A DNA stretch of 64,000 bases, from positions 1 to 64,000 of IMG/VR virus record IMGVR_UViG_3300025138_000025. One strand, 5' to 3'. Of this stretch, positions 27,027 through 36,858 are shown one piece after another; the stretch's first letter is position 1; every line of letters starts with the position of its first letter. The position numbers and the translations under genes were made by a program. The notes under the pieces are model-generated. The model saw only the letters and a program-made list of their open reading frames with translations. It was not told where the DNA came from and searched no databases. This DNA is from a virus.

Positions 27027-27149
27027 AGAAGAACAGTTCTGGAATTGGGAAGAACAGTATGGAACTGAAGAAGCTATTGAAGTAGCAGCAGAGGAGTGGG
27101 GAATGTCAACCCACAGAGTTAAAACACAAATCAAAAAATGGGAGGATGC

Positions 27150-27482
27150 ATGGCATTAAACTACACAGAAGAACAGGTATCTAGAATGATACAAGAATAT
27201 ACTGAAAGCCCTACTAGAGAAACAGTAGAGAACTTAGCACAAGAATTTAACAAGAGTGTGAAGTCGATAATAGGTAAGTTATCAAGAGAAGGTGTATACA
27301 AAAAGACAGAATATGTTACCAAAACTGGAGAGAAACCAGTAACTAAGTCCCAGCTGGTGCTTAGCATTGCTGAGGAATTAAATGAGGATTACGAAAGTTT
27401 CAAAGGGCTAGACAAAGCTCCGAAAGAAGCTCTTAAAGTTTTACTCGAGTCAATAGAAGAAATTAAACTAGGAGAGATATGA
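27150..27482 (+). CDS. A2-like DNA-binding protein, paralog of 22046-22360
   Basis: Shares NYT.E, PTRETV..LAQE, SII.KLSREGVY, TK.GE. Confidence 0.72.
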   Translation: MALNYTEEQVSRMIQEYTESPTRETVENLAQEFNKSVKSIIGKLSREGVYKKTEYVTKTGEKPVTKSQLVLSIAEELNEDYESFKGLDKAPKEALKVLLESIEEIKLGEI

Positions 27483-27714
27483 GAGTAGCAAAACTAACTA
27501 AAGATAGAAGAAATGACAAGCTTATTTCAGTGAATGGACTATATGCAGAAGCATTAGGTCTTATCGAAACCCCAACGGGGTTCCAGATGCGTTTAAAATT
27601 CGCTAATGGACATAGAGAAACAGTTGAGACTCAAAGAATCCGTATCTTACAAGATACATCAATACTAAGAAGTCCTAACGCATAGCAGCTAAAGAAAGAG
27701 ATTGTGTAAATTAT

Positions 27715-27738
27715 GCCTAACTTATGTTGGGCTTTTTT
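27715..27738 (+). terminator. Intrinsic terminator
   Basis: GCCTAAC-TTAT-GTTGGGC followed by a T-run. Confidence 0.7.
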
Positions 27739-28154
27739 ACGCCTTTAAAAAATTTTGGTTGGTGGAAGTTCCTTGAATTGGAGAGAAGTTTGTAGTAAGT
27801 AGTTATGTTGTTATTGGTTTGTTAGACTTGAGTAAGTCATTAAGAATGCTTTAGATTATGCTTGGTTATCTTGTATGATTTGGTTTATACAATCAATGGA
27901 TAGCTTTTCTTCATAGTTAGGGACTCCATATATCCGCTTACGCTCCTATATGTCGATTCCCAGATTGGAAGTAGCATCCATAATAGGTAGTTTGTATTGG
28001 CTTATAATCTAAATTATGATTTATTATATCACAGTTTTTATCATAAAGCAAGAACTGTTTTTCTCAGGGGTATGATTTATGGGGTTGGTATGGGTTCTAT
28101 TAATGATAAAATATATTAGTATTGCAGATGGTAGTAGTGTTTCTACGAGATTGA

Positions 28155-28415
28155 CTACCTTGTTCTGCTACCTCGATTTTTCTTTTTTGGAACTGTTCTA
28201 AACTTTTTTCGAGCTTCAAGAAGTTCTGTCTCTTTTTGTAAGTCTCTAGTTCGTTTTCTTGTTGTGCTTTTATTGTGTTCATATTTAATGGCAGATGGTT
28301 TTGAGTAGTGCTGTCTTGCACGACACTCTTCCTTGATTCCTGCGTTATCACACTTGCGTCTGAATATTCTAATTGCCTTTTCAATGGGCATGGACTTACA
28401 ATCAATACTCGGCAT
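28155..28415 (-). CDS. rpsU: Ribosomal protein bS21
   Basis: IEKAIRIFRRKCDNAGIKEECRARQHYSKPS; GGAG SD before MPSID. Confidence 0.88.
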   Translation of the reverse strand: MPSIDCKSMPIEKAIRIFRRKCDNAGIKEECRARQHYSKPSAIKYEHNKSTTRKRTRDLQKETELLEARKKFRTVPKKKNRGSRTR

Positions 28416-28650
28416 CAGCTCTCCTATATTTAGTTCTATCACGATGCACTTTTGTCGATGCATGGGGAGGAGTTTCTTTTCTTACTCGAATATCACTCCT
28501 AGAGTTGAAAGTCCATCCTCTTTTCCTTAGATAGTATATCTGTGAGGCGATATTTGAAGGACTGCGACCCAGTTTGGATGCAATATCTTCTGTTGACATA
28601 TCATTATAGTGCCTTTTCAAAAATTGTTTTTCATCAGTTGTCCATTTCAT
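28402..28650 (-). CDS. Myb/HTH DNA-binding protein
   Basis: WTTDEKQFLK..TEDIASKLGRSPSNI; promoter at 28657-28685. Confidence 0.72.
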   Translation of the reverse strand: MKWTTDEKQFLKRHYNDMSTEDIASKLGRSPSNIASQIYYLRKRGWTFNSRSDIRVRKETPPHASTKVHRDRTKYRRADAEY

Positions 28651-28751
28651 AAGTATATTATATCTAATTTTTTTATTCGTGTCAAGAACTATTTTTGGCT
28701 GGGTTATAGATTATTCTTGACAAGAGGTCTGAAAATTGATATAATATTGGA

Positions 28752-28898
28752 ATGATAGAAACAATAGATATAAATTACATTATTATTTTAATCTGCTCTA
28801 TGGGTATATCTTACACCATTGGAAAACAGTTTGGAATAGAGTCAACGATTGATTTTCTGGAGTCAGAAGGTATAATCGAGTTTGACAGCGAAAAATAA
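28752..28898 (+). CDS. Small membrane protein (not in the ORF track)
   Basis: Promoter at 28717-28745; MIETIDINYIIILICSMGISYTIGKQFGIESTIDFL. Confidence 0.6.
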   Translation: MIETIDINYIIILICSMGISYTIGKQFGIESTIDFLESEGIIEFDSEK

Positions 28899-29024
28899 TT
28901 CTTGACATAAAGGTTAAATTTTGATATAATTATTTTGTAAGTGGAATATTTCACTTACTTTTTGGCGCTTTGACCGAGAGGCAAGGCAAAGTAATACTGA
29001 AAAGATTATTTGGAGGAAAATATT

Positions 29025-29405
29025 ATGAGTATTGATTTAACTAAATTTTGGCTTGGATTAGATAATGGGCTTATGCCGTCTTATACGGAGAGTTCTTATC
29101 CTAGATATAACTTAATTGAAAGTGGCAGTGGATTTCGAATAGATGTCGCTGTGCCAGGTTGGAATAAAACGGAACTGGAGATTATCGCTGATGGCGAGGA
29201 ACTCCATATCAAGGGAAACAAACAACACAAACTAGATGAGGGAGAAGTATTTCTTCATCAAGGACTAAGTTTAAAAAGCTTTGAGAGAAGATTTATTCTT
29301 AATCCTGATTTACAAGTAACTAATGTGAATCTACAAGACGGATTATTAACGATACAACTAACTCGGACTCCAAACTCTAAAAGGAAAATATTGGAGATAA
29401 AATGA
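29025..29405 (+). CDS. Small heat-shock protein Hsp20 (IbpA-like)
   Basis: SYPRYNL, VAVPG, LHQGLS..SFERRF.L, LQDGLLTI; promoter at 28902-28930. Confidence 0.93.
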   Translation: MSIDLTKFWLGLDNGLMPSYTESSYPRYNLIESGSGFRIDVAVPGWNKTELEIIADGEELHIKGNKQHKLDEGEVFLHQGLSLKSFERRFILNPDLQVTNVNLQDGLLTIQLTRTPNSKRKILEIK

Positions 29406-29594
29406 AAGCACTAGCTTTTAAAGTTCGAGATGGAATAGACAAGTGTGATGTCGAAGCAATAGGAGAAGTAGTTATACTAACATGTATGGCTGCAATAACC
29501 TTCTTAGCAATGGCACCACTTGTTTAACAAGTTGACGAACATGATGGGGAAGTGTAAGCTTCCCCAACTTTTACGACTACTAACAGGAAAAACT

Positions 29595-30038
29595 ATGACA
29601 ATATCAGAAGAAGGCAAAAGCCTTATTAAAAAATTTGAAGGATGCGAACTCACAGCATATAAATGTGCAGCAGGAGTTCCAACGATAGGATATGGACATA
29701 TCAAAGGCGTAAGCATGGGTGATACCATAACACAAGAACAAGCAGACGAGATGTTTAACCACGAAATGCACGAATACGAAACTTATGTGAACACAGCGGT
29801 AACGGTTCCACTTTCTCAAAATCAATACGACGCTATTGTGTCTTGGGTGTTCAATCTCGGTAATGGAAATCTCTTAGCTTCAACAATGTTGAAAGTCATC
29901 AACTCTGGCGACCATGCTGGAGTGCCTGCTCAAATCAAAAGGTGGAACAAAGCAGGTGGAAAGGTCTTAGACGGCTTAGTACGAAGAAGAGAAGCAGAAG
30001 CATTACTCTATCAAGGAGCAATCTGGGAACATGTCTAA
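29595..30038 (+). CDS. Endolysin, GH24 lysozyme
   Basis: IKKFEG..AYKC.AGVPTIGYGH, FNLG, GLVRRREAE. Confidence 0.95.
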   Translation: MTISEEGKSLIKKFEGCELTAYKCAAGVPTIGYGHIKGVSMGDTITQEQADEMFNHEMHEYETYVNTAVTVPLSQNQYDAIVSWVFNLGNGNLLASTMLKVINSGDHAGVPAQIKRWNKAGGKVLDGLVRRREAEALLYQGAIWEHV

Positions 30039-30276
30039 GCAAGAGTTTTTAGAGAAGTTAAATGATTGGTGGTTCTGGTTTAAGAACCTATTTCTATCTT
30101 ATTACGAACTCACAGTGAGTTATAATTCAATATACGGCGATGCAGATGATGAAACATTCGTAGTCGCAAAGTTTTATAAGAAGCAAGATAAATATCTTCA
30201 GTTCAAAACCGAAGATGGCGATATAGTAGAAATACGAGGAGCTGAAGGGCTCAATTATAAAATTAAGGAGTTATAA
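30031..30276 (+). CDS. Hypothetical protein in the lysis cassette
   Basis: Coupled ORF. Confidence 0.6.
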   Translation: MSKQEFLEKLNDWWFWFKNLFLSYYELTVSYNSIYGDADDETFVVAKFYKKQDKYLQFKTEDGDIVEIRGAEGLNYKIKEL

Positions 30277-30671
30277 TGAACCAACTTTATATAGGAATTA
30301 TATTAGTGTTGAGTCTAGGTAGTTACTACCTGTACCAACAAAACCAAGTGCTAACAGCAAACAACGCAGCACTTGAAGGAGCAGTAGCAACCCAAGAGGA
30401 AGCTATCTCATCAATGCAGAATGATTTTGCATTACAAACCCAGCAGTTAGGGGACTTGCAGAAGAAGTCACAAGCTGCACAGTTAGAGATGAATAGATAC
30501 TTAGACATCTTTAAACGACACAATTTAACAAAACTAGCAGCAGCAAAACCTGGTTTGCTAGAACCAAGAATAAACAAAGGAACAAAAAATGTATTTGATT
30601 CAATCGAAGAAATTAGTCGCACCATTGATAGCCTTGATGATGGCGTCGAGTTGCAGTCTAATCCCAACTAA
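30276..30671 (+). CDS. i-spanin-like protein
   Basis: N-terminal TM plus coiled coil, downstream of the endolysin. Confidence 0.7.
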   Translation: MNQLYIGIILVLSLGSYYLYQQNQVLTANNAALEGAVATQEEAISSMQNDFALQTQQLGDLQKKSQAAQLEMNRYLDIFKRHNLTKLAAAKPGLLEPRINKGTKNVFDSIEEISRTIDSLDDGVELQSNPN

Positions 30672-30981
30672 ACAGATAGAAATAACAGCAAAACCTATGG
30701 ACAGGATAATAACACAACCTGTTCTACCAAGAGAGATAGACTTAAAGCTACCTTTATGGTATGTAGTTAGTGATAAAAACATTGACGAGTTTCACGAAAG
30801 ATTAACAGCAGAACATGGACAAGTAGTATTTGTAGCTATGTCCATACCAGATTATGAGTTAATGTCATATAACATGCAAGAATTAAAGCGTTATATAACT
30901 GAACTCAAAGAGGTCGTAGTTTACTATGAAAAAGTAACAGACCCAAAAGCATTAAATAATGATACAAGCACTAAAAATTAA
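30589..30981 (+). CDS. o-spanin-like lipoprotein
   Basis: Lipobox MASSC; overlaps the i-spanin 3' end. Confidence 0.7.
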   Translation: MYLIQSKKLVAPLIALMMASSCSLIPTKQIEITAKPMDRIITQPVLPREIDLKLPLWYVVSDKNIDEFHERLTAEHGQVVFVAMSIPDYELMSYNMQELKRYITELKEVVVYYEKVTDPKALNNDTSTKN

Positions 30982-31573
30982 GAACAGGGAAACAATCACA
31001 CGATTAGACTTAATGGCAAGAACAGTTTACAAACAACCAGCAAGTTACAATCAAAGTCCAAAACCTAACATAACTCTAGCAAAGCTACGCTCGTCTATGA
31101 CAGCCAATGATGGTAAGCATGAGTTGACAAACAATGTTGACTATGCAGGCAGGGCTGCTCCTATTGGTACTGATATGGTAAGACTTAGAAATATCTTTAG
31201 AAACATTATTTGTACCAAAACTAACACCGAGAACTGGTATTGGGACACTTATATGGCTCAAACTCCTTACTGGGGCTGGACTGGTTGGAATAACAACAAA
31301 GGGAAAGGTAAACTATTCCTTAGATTTATTCATAACTCAGGTCGTGGAGAAACTAGAATGGTGTCAAAAGGTAGATACAAGAAGATACCTGACCAACATT
31401 CAAACTACAACGCTGACTGGACATTATTAGTAGGAGAACAAGACGGAATTGATGACTGGATGGCAGATAGAAACTACAACAAAAAGCCAAGATGCGTCTT
31501 AGAGTTAGCAATTAAAAGTACCAATAAGAAAGCATGGGAAGAAGCTTGTGAATATATTAACTGCGTGGGCTAA
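30959..31573 (+). CDS. Hypothetical protein (possible cupin fold)
   Basis: WTGWNNN..FLRFIHN..RCVL pattern. Confidence 0.5.
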   Translation: MIQALKIKNRETITRLDLMARTVYKQPASYNQSPKPNITLAKLRSSMTANDGKHELTNNVDYAGRAAPIGTDMVRLRNIFRNIICTKTNTENWYWDTYMAQTPYWGWTGWNNNKGKGKLFLRFIHNSGRGETRMVSKGRYKKIPDQHSNYNADWTLLVGEQDGIDDWMADRNYNKKPRCVLELAIKSTNKKAWEEACEYINCVG

Positions 31574-31726
31574 GTTTAGACAAAAAAGAAAAGTCGATAG
31601 ACTAATTGTACAACACCTAGAAACTAGAGTGGAAGAATTAGAGGCGTGGGCTCATCCAAAGTGCGGAATCGAAGGCTTTGATGGATACCATGAATTAGTA
31701 GAAAGAATTAAACGCTTAGAAAGTAA

Positions 31727-32386
31727 GTGAAGTTAGAAGTAAGCGTACATAAAAAACACGATATAGTAGGGCATATACCTACTTTTTTATCTGATGCAGA
31801 AATAGAACAGCTGTATGAGATAAACAAAGATAGGAAGTGGCCGTACGCAGCAACAAGATGGAGTGGTTACAACTCAAAAATACGCAAATGTAAAAAGCGA
31901 AGTCGTATAGAGTTCCCATTCTATGACAGATTAAAGAAAGCAGTAGACTTATATAACGACAATACATATAAGTTTCATCTCTATGATGAGAGAAAGATGC
32001 ATGAAATAAACATGGTTAGATATGATGAACCAGGCATGCACTTTAGAGCTCACAGAGATTATCGTCCTGGATTGAAAGAAATACATACAGGAATGACTAC
32101 TAGAAAAATTAGCCTAAGTATACAACTTAGCAACAGTAAAGAATACGAAGGGGGAGACTTGGAGATAGTTGAAAGTTATACTACTCCTGATGTCTTCATA
32201 GATAGTAACTATCCTCCTGACTTCTTAAAACAAAGAGAAACCTTTAGACACACTTTCCCTACGATTAGGAAGAAAGGTTCTCTTACAATATTTACATCAA
32301 TACATGAACATGAGTCTAAACCATTACTATCTGGGAAACGAGATATAATAGTAGGATTCTTTAGAGGTGCGGGAGCACCATATTAA
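31727..32386 (+). CDS. 2OG-Fe(II) oxygenase
   Basis: HRD, RKISLSIQLS..EYEGGDL, HESKP..GKR. Confidence 0.9.
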   Translation: MKLEVSVHKKHDIVGHIPTFLSDAEIEQLYEINKDRKWPYAATRWSGYNSKIRKCKKRSRIEFPFYDRLKKAVDLYNDNTYKFHLYDERKMHEINMVRYDEPGMHFRAHRDYRPGLKEIHTGMTTRKISLSIQLSNSKEYEGGDLEIVESYTTPDVFIDSNYPPDFLKQRETFRHTFPTIRKKGSLTIFTSIHEHESKPLLSGKRDIIVGFFRGAGAPY

Positions 32387-32899
32387 ATGATTACACAATT
32401 AAATAGTGAACTTAAGAAGATAGCACTAGATATTCTAGATTTTCCTCTTGATATGAGGGACACAACCTTTCCCTTTTGGCACGCAGTTCCTCTGCATAAA
32501 AAACACCCCAAGTTAGACGATTACAAATGTACTTATCCTAAGTGGTATAACCATGAAAATGAGTTCTTAGAGATACTACGACACAAAATAGACAATACAT
32601 TACCAAGTGCAGTAATTGCATTAGAAGTAAAAGATAAGTTTCCAGTACAGATACCGAACAAAGGAATAGTGCAGATATTCTCATTAAACAAAAAGCATAC
32701 TTCGATAGTTATTGGAAAAGACCTTAACAACCTCATGCATTGCTTGGATATTCCTAGCTATGAGCAGTTTGACTGGGCGAAACATTATATCAGTAATAAT
32801 GCCTTACATTCCGACAATGGACTATATGTGGGTAATAAATTTTTTCACTCAATTCATGCGTCAGCGGGAGCAAAGTTATTATATGTCAAATACAATTAG
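32387..32899 (+). CDS. Hypothetical protein
   Basis: 170-aa ORF in operon. Confidence 0.6.
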   Translation: MITQLNSELKKIALDILDFPLDMRDTTFPFWHAVPLHKKHPKLDDYKCTYPKWYNHENEFLEILRHKIDNTLPSAVIALEVKDKFPVQIPNKGIVQIFSLNKKHTSIVIGKDLNNLMHCLDIPSYEQFDWAKHYISNNALHSDNGLYVGNKFFHSIHASAGAKLLYVKYN

Positions 32900-33686
32900 A
32901 TTATTTATAGGTACGAGTGAAAAAGAAGATTATCTAATGGAACAGATATATCTCTACTCACTACGCAAAAACCTCGGTTCGGCATACGAATTAGAGATAA
33001 CATTTTTGAGACCATCAATGTTTCCAAAATGGGATAGAAGATACTGGGGTACACCTTTTACTTGTTTTAGATATGCAGTTCCAGAACTATGCAACTTTGA
33101 GGGGAAAGCTATATACACAGATGTAGATATGATTAACTTTAGAGACATAGCACATCTATGGGAGTATCCAATGCACGGCAAGCCTTTTGGATTTATATGG
33201 GATGCTCTACAAGACAACGGCAAGAAAGGTGCAGAGAAAGGAAAGCCTAGAGGTTGGTGGTGTGATAGTCTGATGTTATTTGATTGCGAGAAAGCAAAGC
33301 CATACATGGACAGCATAAAGGATATGGAAGAATGGAGTGCAAAAACTAGCAAAAGTTATAAGTGGGAGTTCGGAGAGAAACTAGGTATGCCATACCAATC
33401 CAAATCACTAGAGTATATAGAATGGTTAGACTCACGATGGAATTGTTTTGATGGAGTCAACCCCTCAGAAGATGTTCCCAAAGAGGACAGACACGACTTT
33501 TGGAAGAAGCCACAGATGAGTGCAGATTATATGTGGCAGTTACATTTAACAGGTCTTAGTTACCAGCCGTGGCATCCAAGATATAATTGTTTTGCTAAGG
33601 CTACTCACTGGAGACAAGACTTAATGGAGATATGGTGGCACTATGCCGAAATAATTAGAGAGCTGGAGAACAATGGGAAGTCTTGA
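32883..33686 (+). CDS. Glycosyltransferase (GT-A)
   Basis: IRLFIG, TPFTCFRYAVP, AIYTDVDM (DxD), LHLT..QPW. Confidence 0.85.
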   Translation: MSNTIRLFIGTSEKEDYLMEQIYLYSLRKNLGSAYELEITFLRPSMFPKWDRRYWGTPFTCFRYAVPELCNFEGKAIYTDVDMINFRDIAHLWEYPMHGKPFGFIWDALQDNGKKGAEKGKPRGWWCDSLMLFDCEKAKPYMDSIKDMEEWSAKTSKSYKWEFGEKLGMPYQSKSLEYIEWLDSRWNCFDGVNPSEDVPKEDRHDFWKKPQMSADYMWQLHLTGLSYQPWHPRYNCFAKATHWRQDLMEIWWHYAEIIRELENNGKS

Positions 33687-34410
33687 TTTAGACACATTAC
33701 TGCAGCCGATAGGACTTGAACGCTTCTTGAAAGAATACAAAGGTAAGAAACATTTTGTAATCAAGTCTAAAGATAATATATTTAGTGAGCATTATAGCTG
33801 GAAGGAGTTCGATAACTACTTGAATCAGTACGAAATAGGGGCATGGGATAGGATGCCTCAGCTACAAGTAGTAATGCCAGACGGCACTAAGTGGTGTAAG
33901 AAGAAGTCACCACACAAAAGAACAAGAGACGAATTATTAAAACTGTGGAGAGATGGAAGTAGTTTCATTATTACTATCTCCGAGTTTTTAAACAAAACAA
34001 TGTGGAATCAGACTAGAGAGTTTGAAAAACACTATGGCATTGGACAGGCTAATATATACTGTTCCAATCAGAAAGATGCCAAGTGTTTTCCTATTCATGC
34101 CGACTCCACAGACAATTTTCTTTTCCATGTAAGTGGAAAGATAAGATGGTATATGTACGAGGACTTCGCCTTAGAGGACAAGCAGATGCGTCCCAAGTCC
34201 TATACTCCTAAATTACTGGAGACTATAGAGCTTGACGATGGAGACCTCTTGTATATACCTACTAGGCAGTATCATAAAGTAGATACTCTAAGCCCACGAA
34301 TATCAATATCTTTTCATTTCCGTGAACCGCACAGCAGCGGACCTCATGGGGATAGAAGGCGTAAGTGGTTAGATTGGGAGCCAGGAGAAATATATGGCAC
34401 AACCAAGTGA
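33673..34410 (+). CDS. JmjC/cupin-4 oxygenase
   Basis: FPIHAD..DNF, GDLLYIP..YHKV, RISISF. Confidence 0.85.
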   Translation: MGSLDLDTLLQPIGLERFLKEYKGKKHFVIKSKDNIFSEHYSWKEFDNYLNQYEIGAWDRMPQLQVVMPDGTKWCKKKSPHKRTRDELLKLWRDGSSFIITISEFLNKTMWNQTREFEKHYGIGQANIYCSNQKDAKCFPIHADSTDNFLFHVSGKIRWYMYEDFALEDKQMRPKSYTPKLLETIELDDGDLLYIPTRQYHKVDTLSPRISISFHFREPHSSGPHGDRRRKWLDWEPGEIYGTTK

Positions 34411-34771
34411 ACAGTTCCAAGGCGATATGTCGAGGAATGAGGTAGAAATAGACCTTAATAAGTTTATGGCAATGGTTTCAGAAATTGGTGAATTAAAAGC
34501 CAAGATTATGGAGATGGAGAACGAAAAAGAGCCTGATAATCCATGGCAGAAATGGATATGGTTATCAAACATGGTAGACGCATGGAGAATATTCCCTAGA
34601 GCATTTTTAAGTATTTATATGTATTTATTATACTATTGTACTTTTTGGTTCATGGAATTAGATGTACCTACATTAGAGCAGTCGGGATTAATTTCGATTG
34701 TAGTAGGGGCAGGAGCTGCATGGTTTGGTCTTTACGCTGGAACAGCTAAAGATAAGATAAACTCAAAATAG
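34394..34771 (+). CDS. Membrane protein
   Basis: DAWRIFPR plus two TM helices. Confidence 0.65.
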   Translation: MAQPSEQFQGDMSRNEVEIDLNKFMAMVSEIGELKAKIMEMENEKEPDNPWQKWIWLSNMVDAWRIFPRAFLSIYMYLLYYCTFWFMELDVPTLEQSGLISIVVGAGAAWFGLYAGTAKDKINSK

Positions 34772-34925
34772 TTCTTGACATCTACTGATAATTTTAGTAT
34801 AATATACTCATATGAAAATTACAGAAACCAAACATAAACCAACCAAATCAGATAAACCATGCACTTACTGTGGAACTACAGAAAATGCAGATGGATTATG
34901 TGGTGTCTACAAGTGTTGGAAATAG

Positions 34926-35522
34926 ATGAATTTATTTTATTTAGATGAAGACCTTGATAGATGTGCCGAGTACCATGTCGACAAGCATATTGTTAAAATG
35001 CCTCTCGAGGCAGCACAGTTACTGTGCACAGCAATATGGGTTGATGAAGTACTAGGCTTTGTACCTCGTGCGCTTGACAAGGACGAACGAGAAGTACTAA
35101 ACAGTAAGAAAGCCAAGATAAAGCATCTTCCTATGGAAGAGCGACCTCTTACACCTTATCTGCCGATGATGTATAATCATCCATGCACGATTTGGGTTAG
35201 GTCATCTTTGGATAACTTTGAGTGGGCTCATTGTTACGCTAACGCGCTCAATGATGAGTACCACTATCGTTATGGAAAACAGCATAAGTCTATCGTAGAA
35301 GTAGTAAACAAACTACCTGAACCAAAGAATATGCCTAGGTTAGGACAGACTCCTTTCCTTATGGCTATGCCTGATGAGTTAAAAAACGAAGATGATGTTA
35401 TACAATCGTATCGAGATTACTACCACCTAGACAAAGCAACCTTTGCCGAGTGGAAGTACAGAGATAAGCCAGTCTGGTGGAATGAAGATTACGCAGACTA
35501 TGAAAAGAGAATAACAAGATGA
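34926..35522 (+). CDS. Pyrimidine-dimer DNA glycosylase-like (DenV family) protein
   Basis: MNLFYLD, DKHIVKMPLEAAQLL, NHPCTIWVR, EY.YRYGK.H. Confidence 0.8.
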   Translation: MNLFYLDEDLDRCAEYHVDKHIVKMPLEAAQLLCTAIWVDEVLGFVPRALDKDEREVLNSKKAKIKHLPMEERPLTPYLPMMYNHPCTIWVRSSLDNFEWAHCYANALNDEYHYRYGKQHKSIVEVVNKLPEPKNMPRLGQTPFLMAMPDELKNEDDVIQSYRDYYHLDKATFAEWKYRDKPVWWNEDYADYEKRITR

Positions 35523-35913
35523 TAAAAGTAAAAGTGGGCAAAGGTGCCTTAATGTTTAAAGAAGGAACATCAGACGAAGAAATCAATAAGAAGTTATTAG
35601 AGTACGCGCAGTTTCAAGTATTAAAACGACCAATAGTGGTCAGAAAGAGCAATGGGGATGAATACCAGATGCTAAATGGAGTAAGATTAAATGGCAAGAA
35701 GCACTAAAACAAACTTTTTAGACCAACTAATAGGAGTAAAAGAACCAACAGTGGAAACAATGGAACATAGTCAAGTACTAAAACAAAACTTAGAAGCACA
35801 GATGTCAGGTGTCGAGAACGATATTGTCAATCTAAAGGCTCAACTTGCTAAGAAGAAAGAATATCTAGCTAAGTTAGAGGGCGGACTTGAAGTAATAGAC
35901 GAACTCACAAAGC

Positions 35914-36549
35914 ATGACAGTACACATAGTTGATAACTTCTATCCAAACCCAGACGAGGTTAGAGAAAAAGCACTAAAACTTTTTTACTATCCTGGAAGG
36001 CGAGGAAAGAAGATGGCATTTCCTGGAGATAGGACTTTGTCTAGTTACTCTAGTGAGAACCGACTATTCTTAAAGAACAGATTAGAGAAAACTATAGGGA
36101 AGCAGATAACTTACTTTCCTCACAAAAACTCCAATGGAGCGTTTACTCTTGGGATAAAGAAAGAGAACGAGTTTCTTAACTGGATTCACCATGACTGTTC
36201 AGGATATTTAGAGAGAACAACAGAAAGTGTAGATGGTCAGGCATGGGCGTGTGTAATTTATTTACAACCGACAGCCGACATTACTACAGGCACAGCACTC
36301 TTTAGAAGTAAGGTAACAGGTTCAATAGAGAAGTCAGAAGATTTAAAAATAGACAGAAATGCTGGGTTCAAAGGTGAGTGGAAAAGCAACAGTAAAGACT
36401 GGGAGTTGCATACTTATGTTGGGAATGTATATAACAGATGCGTTATTTATCCTGCAAAGTATTGGCATGCTCCTTTCAATGCTTCTTTTGGCAAAGACAA
36501 ACAAACAGGAAGATTAGTACAAGTAGGATTTTTTACAACGGAGAAGTAA
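35914..36549 (+). CDS. 2OG-Fe(II) oxygenase (DUF6445-like)
   Basis: IVDNFY.NPDEVR, WIHHD, NVYNRCVIY..WH, RLVQVGFF. Confidence 0.8.
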   Translation: MTVHIVDNFYPNPDEVREKALKLFYYPGRRGKKMAFPGDRTLSSYSSENRLFLKNRLEKTIGKQITYFPHKNSNGAFTLGIKKENEFLNWIHHDCSGYLERTTESVDGQAWACVIYLQPTADITTGTALFRSKVTGSIEKSEDLKIDRNAGFKGEWKSNSKDWELHTYVGNVYNRCVIYPAKYWHAPFNASFGKDKQTGRLVQVGFFTTEK

Positions 36550-36858
36550 ATGACAGAATATAATAACGACAAGTTTAATGAAAGAGTAGCATTAAACATG
36601 CTAAAGAATCACATACTAAATACTTATGATAGTCACTACAGTATGAATAAAATCCAGTCAACCGAGTTCATCTTCGATGCTGGTCATGGCGAAGGCTTCT
36701 GCCTAGGCAACATTATAAAGTATGCCCAACGCTATGGAAAGAAAGATGGAAGAAACGAGCAGGACTTATTAAAGATTCTGCATTATGCAATCATATTACT
36801 AGGGGTAGAGAATGAGAATAAAGAAGCACGAGAACTTAGCGGAAGCGAATATAAGTAA
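36550..36858 (+). CDS. DUF3310 family protein
   Basis: GFCLGNIIKYAQRYGKK..DLLKILHY. Confidence 0.8.
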   Translation: MTEYNNDKFNERVALNMLKNHILNTYDSHYSMNKIQSTEFIFDAGHGEGFCLGNIIKYAQRYGKKDGRNEQDLLKILHYAIILLGVENENKEARELSGSEYK

